This document shows, piece after piece, positions 56,137-64,000 of a stretch of DNA of 64,000 nucleotides. Position 1 is the stretch's first letter, and every line of letters begins with the position of its first letter. Origin of the DNA: Octopus vulgaris (Eukaryota). The notes under the pieces were generated by a model. It had not been told where the DNA came from, did no database searches, and saw only the letters and a program-made list of their open reading frames with translations. The stretch covers positions 119,536,001-119,600,000 of the forward strand of contig OX597816.1 in the NCBI GenBank assembly GCA_951406725.2, in the 5' to 3' direction. The translations under genes were made by a program, and so were the position numbers.

Positions 56137-56369
56137 CGGAGATTTACTTGCATAGCAAGTGACCTGATCTGAGATCGTGTGCTGGAAAGAAAACAATTGC
56201 AGCGTGAAAGGTGTTTATCAGCCATTTAAAACACACGAAATCCGTTATATTCACTTCAACGTTTAAATTTAATTTGCCAAAATATTTTCGTCGCTTTGAG
56301 ACTGCGACCTGTTCACTGACAAAATTCCGTGCAGCACGGAATTTTGTCAGTGAACAGGTCGCGGTCTCA
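56134..56369 (-). mobile_element. Short Penelope-like insertion: 3' end in (TA)n, 5' end folded back as a 36-bp inverted repeat
   Basis: IR arms 56297-56332 and 56334-56369 (35/36 match, 1-nt spacer). Contains a hammerhead and abuts (TA)n at 56075-56133. Confidence 0.75.
56271..56326 (-). ncRNA. Minimal type I hammerhead ribozyme candidate with swapped G3-C8 core
   Basis: Minus strand reads AATTTTGTCA-GTGAACA-G-GTCGC(AGTCTCAAA)GCGAC-GAA-AATATT-T-TGGCAAATT. Confidence 0.75.
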
Positions 56370-57062
56370 GCCTGGTTATATTGTCGTGGCGTCTCTTATA
56401 TTCCTTCTGGGCTAGTGGCGCACATTGGCTGGTAATATGTCATACGATTTCACCGTTTTGTCCACAGATTCTGCACTTATCACTTTCTGCTCTGTTGTCT
56501 ACTCTGTATTTTATGTAGTTTGTTCTTAGTGCTTGCTCTTGGGCAGCACAGATTAGAGCCTCCGTTTCCAGTTTTAAATCACTTTTAGTCATCCACAGCC
56601 ATCTTTTTTCTCTGTTTTATCTTCAACATCCCTATGAAATTGACCAAATATTCTTTTCTTTACCCACCTATTTTCAGTTTCATTCGTTTTCAATTTCTTG
56701 TATAGTGCTTTACCTTTGCAATCTTTCACCCTACACAAGCCTGACCTTCTTACTTCTAATAATAGCAGTTCTGTGGCATTTTTAAATACCATGCTATGTT
56801 GTTTTCGTCTGCTTTAATGCTGTGTTCGCATCCAATAAGTCCTCTTCCCTCTCTTTTTCTTGGTACATACAGTCTGTCTGTGTCACTTTTTGGGTGGAGT
56901 GACCCATATCTAGTTCCTTGTCTTCCTGCCTAAGGTGTTTATTTCGTCTACTGTCCATACGATTACCCCTGCTTCATATCTAAGGAGTGAAACCGCCCAG
57001 GTGTTGATAGCTTCGATCTTATTCCGTCCGTTTAATTTCGACTTAAGGATCAATCTCAGTCT
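56370..57062 (-). pseudogene. R4/Dong-clade LINE fragment (RT thumb to Zn knuckle); same family as 39551-40192
   Basis: KSKLNGRNKIEAINTWAVSLLRY, LHPKSDTDRLYVPRKREGRGL, ETEALICAAQEQALRTN, CRICGQNGE...HITSQC..LAQKEYKRRHD. 56370-56466 aligns with 40086-40182. Confidence 0.88.
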
Positions 57063-57095
57063 GCGCTATGATTATTATTATTATCATCCTCATCC

Positions 57096-57252
<157 letters not shown>

Positions 57253-57455
57253 CTTCTTTCAATTTTGTTTGCATTTCTTGCTAGGTTTTTTCCCGATAAA
57301 GGAACTCATTGTATACATTGATAGGCCATTAAAATAAACACAGCAGATTGTTCATTTACAAAGTCATGTGATAGAAAAAAGGGGGACAAAGACAAAGAGA
57401 AAAAGGAAAGAAGAAAAAATGAAAAAGAAAATAAAGGGGGAAAAGGAAAAAAAAT

Positions 57456-58080
57456 TCACAGCGACAATGCTCTTCTTAATACGCGTGACGTACCAGTTAA
57501 GATAATCTTTTGCACTTCCTGTATGGATGGCAAGCTAGAGATCATCCTTAAATGATTTTCAATTCCAAGCGCTCCTACAATCGCTGCTATTGTAACCGTC
57601 TTGAAATGCCGCATCTTTTCGATTTCAATCAGCAAACCTTTATATTTTCTGAGCTTATCAAACTCTTTTGCCGAGATATTATGATCACAAGGTATGCTCA
57701 TGTCAATCGATAAACAGATTTTTTTGTTTTGGTCTTTAACAACAATACTTGGTTTATTAGCTTTGATGGCCCGGTCTATATGTACTGGAGAGTCCCAAAG
57801 AATCGTTACATTTTTCTCCTTCAATTACAGCCTCAGGGTGGTATTAGTACCATTTGTCAGCGGTTTTGATTTTATAATACTGACATATTATCCAGTGTAG
57901 ATATTGGCCAACTCTGTCATTTTACTCTACCGGTGCTAAAACCTTACACCTAGAGATTAGATGGTCTACTTCTTCAGTCTCATCGTTGCGGTATCTGCAC
58001 TTTGGGTCTACTCCATTTTTCATCACATCGGCTTGGTAGTTCCGGGTCAATAAGCTCTGATCTTGAGTGTCAATAAGCTT
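57456..58080 (-). pseudogene. Second R4/Dong-clade family, 3' fragment (Zn knuckle plus RLE) lying between two (ATT/ATC)n arrays
   Basis: QDQSLLTRNY...CRY..ETEEVDHLISRC, ILWDSPVHIDRAIKANKPSIV...IDMSIPCD...KLRKY..L..EI...IVGALG...VQKIILTGTSRVLRRAL. Confidence 0.88.
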
Positions 58081-58082
58081 AC

Positions 58083-58208
<126 letters not shown>

Positions 58209-58261
58209 TATTGTTATTGTTATTGTTGTTGTTGTTATTGTTGTTGTTGTTGTTGTTGTTG

Positions 58262-58320
<59 letters not shown>

Positions 58321-58325
58321 TTGAA

Positions 58326-58485
58326 GGCGAGGAGCTGGCAGAATCGTTAGCACGCCGGGCGAAATGCTTAACGATATTTCGTCTGCTGCTACGTTCGAAA
58401 TTCAAATTCTGCCGAGGTCGACTTTGCCTTTCATCCTTTCGTGGTCGATAAATTAAAAACCAGTTGGAGTACTGTAATCGACTTG
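58326..58485 (+). mobile_element. Family-A SINE (further copies at about 59920-60135 + and 60785-60995 -)
   Basis: GAGCTGGCAGAATCGTTAGCACGCCGGGCGAAATGC...GTCGACTTTGCCTTTCATCC. Confidence 0.85.
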
Positions 58486-61372
58486 TAATAACCAAAATGA
58501 TTGCTTATTATTCCTATCATATCAAACGACCGTGTAGGTTTCGGGTGGTGGGGAAGCTCCCTTCTTGGATCAAGAATAAACAAACAAAACAGTGATTGTT
58601 ATAAAGATTAAACTAACAGCATTCATTCTGATTTAGTGTTTCAGATTTTCTTCCTAAGTTGTGGTTATTGATATCAATAAAATCGTTTTTAATGGCTTAA
58701 CAATACGTATTTTCATTAACCCATTATAATTAGTTCCGTGATAAACGACTAGTAATTAAAAACTAATATTAACACTTCATTATTTAACGTTGAATGAAAT
58801 GTTAATAATCCTCCGTATTTTCTTTCGTTGTGTTTTCATTTATTTTCATTTCTTAATTTTTTTAAACAATATTTAGAGACTAAAAGATTTGTTTTCTGTG
58901 GTTGTTGTTGTTGCTGCTATTGATGTTCTTGTTGTTATTGCCGCTGTTATTGTTGTTGCTGTTGTTGTTATTGCCGTTTTTGTTACTATTGTTATTGAGT
59001 TATGACGACTGTTGGCGGTGTTATTGCTGCTACTTATTAGTATCGTAGTTGTTATTATTGCTGTTTTTTCCCGTTATTGTTAATATTATGGCGGTAACGG
59101 TAGCGGCGGCGGCGGCGGCGGTGGTGGTGGTGGTGGTGGTACTGTTGTTTCTATCGTTGCTGTTGTCTTCTGAGAAGTTTCTTCTCCGATTGTGTTCATC
59201 ATTGCCCTAAACGGTTCCTTTCCTGATGATGTCTGCTACGTCCCTGATCAGGAAAATGCTAAAATATATATTGAAGATAATAAAGGAGTTATCTTTAGAT
59301 AGACCAAGCGTGAGAAGCAGAACCGTAACATTTGTACCGGTCCATTCTCTGGAGGGTTGACCGTAATTAATGCTCTCAGGACAGTACCGGATACAGATAG
59401 TCAGCCCTATCATTAGTTTTGGTTGATGCGAACTGATTAGCGCCCCACCGAAGTCCGACCTCTTGCAACCCAGTCTCCGAGGTGAAGAAAGACATGGATA
59501 AATCTACCGAGTATCGCAAACGTTTGTGCTTTCTGATTATATTATCGATGACTACCGCATCAATTTAGTATTCAAAGGAACCATGAGCCTAAAGTTGTGT
59601 GTTGAGTAGCCCTTGTTTTGATCCTTGAACAGCTTTTGTCCAAAATATCTTTCTAACGTTTTAGTGAAAAAATTCTCTATGATGTGGCTCTCAGCAGAAG
59701 TCTTTCTTAAAAGTATCCGTATTCGTCTGTATAAATTTCACCAAATTCTTGCTCCACTTCTGGAAAACGCAAAATTTGAAGAATTCATCAGTGCGTAGTA
59801 GATTTTTTTACTATTATTTCCAAGAGATCAAATGCCAACGTAGACTCATAGAGGGTCCTTCATTGGGTCTTAAGGTTTCAATTTGTTGCTGTTATTATAG
59901 TTGTCGTTGTTGTTGTTGAAGGCTGTAAGCTGGATGGATTGCTAAAGCGTCAGACAAAATGCTTAACGGCATTTATTCCGGCTCTTTATTTTCCGAGTTC
60001 AAATTCTACCGACATCGACTTCGCCTTTAATCTTTTCCGGGTCGATGAAATAAGTACCAGTCAAGTACTGGTGTCGATATAATCGTCTAGCCCACTCCCC
60101 CAAAATTTCAGGCCCTCTGCCTTTAGTAGAAAGGATTGCTATTATTGTTGCTGTAGCTGCTGCTGTTGCTTATTCTTAGGATCCCAGGTGATCCCTGATT
60201 GAGCAATCCTATCATCAGTCAAGGGTACTTCAACTATGACCATCTGTTTGATTTTTGTTTTGTTTTTCTCCAGGCGTAATAATAGACTTAATCCGTTGTT
60301 CAATTAACACCACCACTTGGACTTGGATTACCTTTGGCACAGTTCACTTTCTTACAAGTATTTAGGCCAGGCCTGATCTCTAGTCTAAGGACATCCTCCT
60401 TCCAGTCACATAGACCCAGTACTGCTCGTTTTCTTCTGTTTAAACCAGTCATAAGCGACTTGTGAATCGCATAACTTTCTGAATGGCACGCCTAACGAAA
60501 AATCACCTTGAACTGTTTAGTAGTGCGACCTGCCAGATGAACCATGTCTCATGCGGTCTGCTTCTCGAAAAGTTTTGCCTATGCCTTATCTAAATCAAAA
60601 CTAAATCTAGTATCAGATTATTGAACATGTACTTCCTAACTTTTTAAGACGTTAAGATTTATGTGAAATTTGGTTGCTATTTCTGGCAGGTGGAAATAGA
60701 ACTCGTGAATTTAGCATTCGTAAATTTTCTTAAATGTTTACGAGTCTATTTCTATTGAAAACGGCATTACATCTGTTGATATTGGTTTCAGATTTTGGTA
60801 CAAGGCTAATAATTTAAGGGGAAGGGGAAGTCGATTACATCAGCCCAGGTGTCCGACTGATACATATGTATCGACCCCGAAAGGATGAAAGACAAAGTCG
60901 ACGTCAGCGGAATTTGAACTCAGAACACGAAGACAGACGAAATGCCGAATAGCATTTTGGCCCGCGTGCTAACGATTCTGCCAGTTCGGCACCTTGGATC
61001 TGTTAACACTGAATGTTGATAATCAGGAAAAAATTGATTGGTTGAAACCTAGGATGTATATATGCGGTAGATGGAAGGACTCTGAGAGTTTGTTGACAGT
61101 TAAGAATTATTAGCGACAGGATCTCGAAACGCGTCTCTGATTAATCGAAATCGTGTGGATTCACCATTTTTCTTTTTGCCTACATAAAAAAGTGCGTTAT
61201 TGTCTCGAAGATACATGTGGTAGTTGAAATGACATTAGCGTCTATTTCTAATTTCGGTACGTGGCGAAGCAATTAGCTGACCTTTGATTATAATTATGCA
61301 TATAATTATAGAATATTCTATATATTTATATTATTATTTGATTGAACGCCATGCATCCATTTCCAAGTAAGT

Positions 61373-61431
<59 letters not shown>

Positions 61432-61443
61432 CGCGCGTAAATA

Positions 61444-61872
61444 AGCGCAGGTGTGGCTGTGTGGTAAGAAGCTTACTCCCCAACCTCATGGTTCAGGGTT
61501 CAGTCTCACTACATGGCACCTTGCACAAGTGTCTTCAACTATAGCCTCGGGACGACCAAAGCCTTCTGAGTGGATTTAGCAGGCGGAAACTGAAAGAAGC
61601 TGTCGTATATAATACACACACACACTCACACACATATATATATATATAAATATATATCTGTGTGTGTGTCATTCGTGTCTGTGTTTGTCCCACCACCACC
61701 GCTTGACAACTGTTGTTGTTGTGTTTGCGTCCCCGTAAGTTAGCGGTTCGGCTATAGAGATCGATAGCATAAGCACCAGACTTTAAAAAAAGTACTGTAG
61801 TCGATTAATTCGACTGAAAAATTCAAGGCGGTGCTCCTGCATGGCCGCAGTCAAATATCTGAAACAAGTAAA
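61444..61872 (+). mobile_element. Full-length family-B SINE
   Basis: Colinear with 21413-21810; internal CA/TA/TG microsatellite. Confidence 0.9.
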
Positions 61873-62272
61873 GAAGAAAAATACACACACACACATACAC
61901 TTATACAAAGGAAAAATATGAAAGTGGCAAAGAACGGAAGATGTTAAAGTAAAAATTGACTCCTTATTGCAGTTGTTATAGTTGTTGATGCGCCGCGTAG
62001 GATGAATGACTGGTTAAATAAACAAACAAAATAAATAAGTAAACAAACAAGAAGAGTTGCTTACTTCATTAACTTCCGTGTCATTGTGGGCGTGAACAGG
62101 TCACGTGTCATGTCACATGGCTGACAGATGGACGTAAAACACTTTGCACCTACAGAGGGAGAAATAAAACAAAAATGAAAAAAAAAAGATGGAGATGGGA
62201 AAGCAAACGTAGATGACAGCTATATGAAGGAGATGATAATGATGAGATTGATCATGATGATGGTGGTGATGG

Positions 62273-62377
<105 letters not shown>

Positions 62378-62545
62378 CGACGGCGACGACGACGACGACG
62401 ATTACGGTAGCGGCGGCGGTGGCGGTGGCGGCGGTGGCGGCGGCGGTGGCGGCGGCGGTGGCGGCGGCGGTGGCGGCGGCGGTGGCGGCGCGGTGGCGGC
62501 GGCGGTGGCGGCGGCGGTGGCGGCGGCGGGGCGGCGGCGGCGGGG

Positions 62546-62697
<152 letters not shown>

Positions 62698-62727
62698 CGG
62701 CGGTGGCGGCGGCGGTGGCGGTGGTGG

Positions 62728-62764
<37 letters not shown>

Positions 62765-63343
62765 AATATTGATGGGCAGCATAATAATAGAGCAATGCCA
62801 ACGTCTCTCAGAGGAAAATACCGCTGAGATCATATTTGTCTTTCATCTTTTCGAGGTCACAAAATGAAGTAACAGTCCTGACGAAATTGTCATAAAGCTT
62901 TGGGCAATTGCTGGGCAATGTTTGCTCCATCTCTTTTATATTCTGAATCACCCAGTAGGTGTGATGAACGTGTCTGTGTGTAACTAACTTGATGAGTACC
63001 GTGTAAAAAAAAAATTCAAATCCAGCAGTAATGGATGATTTTATTCTCCCATTAAGATCCCTGCGCTTCTAAATGAAGTTGCCAGGAAACCAAATACTGC
63101 ACTCAACGTTTCAGCCATATTAACAACCAGTTACTGGATCGTTATAAAAATATGAAAGAATCGTTTTATTTCTCACAGAATCTCGTAGTGTGTTACGTAG
63201 CTTGTGGATCTCAAATCCGTAACTTGGTATCGATTACAGGTTGTCGCTGTTATACCCGTTGTTATTGTTTAGTTCTGAGTTTAGCGCTAAATGATTAGAC
63301 CCACGATCAAAATATCTCCAGCTGTAATGATTATAGGCACAGT

Positions 63344-63435
<92 letters not shown>

Positions 63436-63454
63436 TGTATGCATGTACGTATGT

Positions 63455-63516
<62 letters not shown>

Positions 63517-63517
<1 letters not shown>

Positions 63518-63902
63518 GCGCGGACGTGGCTCTGTGCTAAGAAGCTTGCTTCCCAACCACATGGTTCCGGATTCAATCCCACTGCGTGGCACATTGGGCC
63601 AACCAAACCTTGTAAATGAATTTCATAACGGAAACTAAAAGAAGCCCGTCATATGTGTGTGTGTGTGTGTGTGTGTATGTGTGTGTGTGTGTATCTGTGT
63701 TTGTGCTTATGTTTGTTCCCCACCATCGCTTGACAACCGATGTTGGTGTATTTATGTCCCCGTAGCTTAGCGGTTCGGCAGCAGAGACCGATAGAATAAG
63801 CACCAAACTTTAAAAAATAAGTACTGAAGTGGATTCATTCGACTAAAATAATTCAAGGTGGTGCCCCAGTATGGCAAGAGTCTCATGACTGAACCAAGTA
63901 AA
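63517..63902 (+). mobile_element. Full-length family-B SINE starting next to (TA)n
   Basis: Colinear with 21413-21810. Confidence 0.9.
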
Positions 63903-64000
63903 AGAAAAAAGATAGAAGATATTACTTAATTTTGAGCGAAAGTCCATCAGACATACTGTGATCTTAGGCTGTAACACTTGATTTAAAACCATTACTTGTC

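Noticed and set aside
59219-59256. CTGATGA...CTGA inside a 9-bp inverted repeat (C/D snoRNA or hammerhead)
   Set aside because: Too short for a snoRNA, and helices II and I of a hammerhead do not form.
61082-61140. CGAAACGCGTC, a typical hammerhead 3' half
   Set aside because: The upstream core is incomplete (CTGAGAG) and no helix I pairing exists.

Overview
This is AT-rich, repeat-saturated animal DNA. It is most likely an octopus (coleoid cephalopod) intergenic or intronic region, inferred from its tRNA-derived SINE families and very dense microsatellites. I find no host protein-coding exon, and almost all ORFs in the supplied track are microsatellite read-throughs. The real coding sequences all belong to transposons: a young, 5'-truncated CR1-clade LINE (2415-6538), two Penelope-like GIY-YIG fragments, three or four R4/Dong-type LINE fragments mostly beside (TAA)n arrays, and a decayed Chapaev3-like transposase. 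There is also a non-autonomous hAT with an 8-bp target-site duplication (TSD), a MITE, and dozens of SINEs. Three observations stand out. (1) Several short (TA)n-embedded Penelope-type insertions carry minimal hammerhead ribozymes with non-canonical cores: a G3-C8 swapped core at 56271-56326 (-) inside a 36-bp fold-back, and an A6U family at 14678 and 33863. (2) A young SINE subfamily's 3' end joins the same internal nucleotide of another SINE copy five times. (3) The CR1 ORF2 has no AUG start and overlaps ORF1 in the -1 frame across two in-phase slippery heptamers. All family names and RNA folds were assigned by eye and need computational checking.
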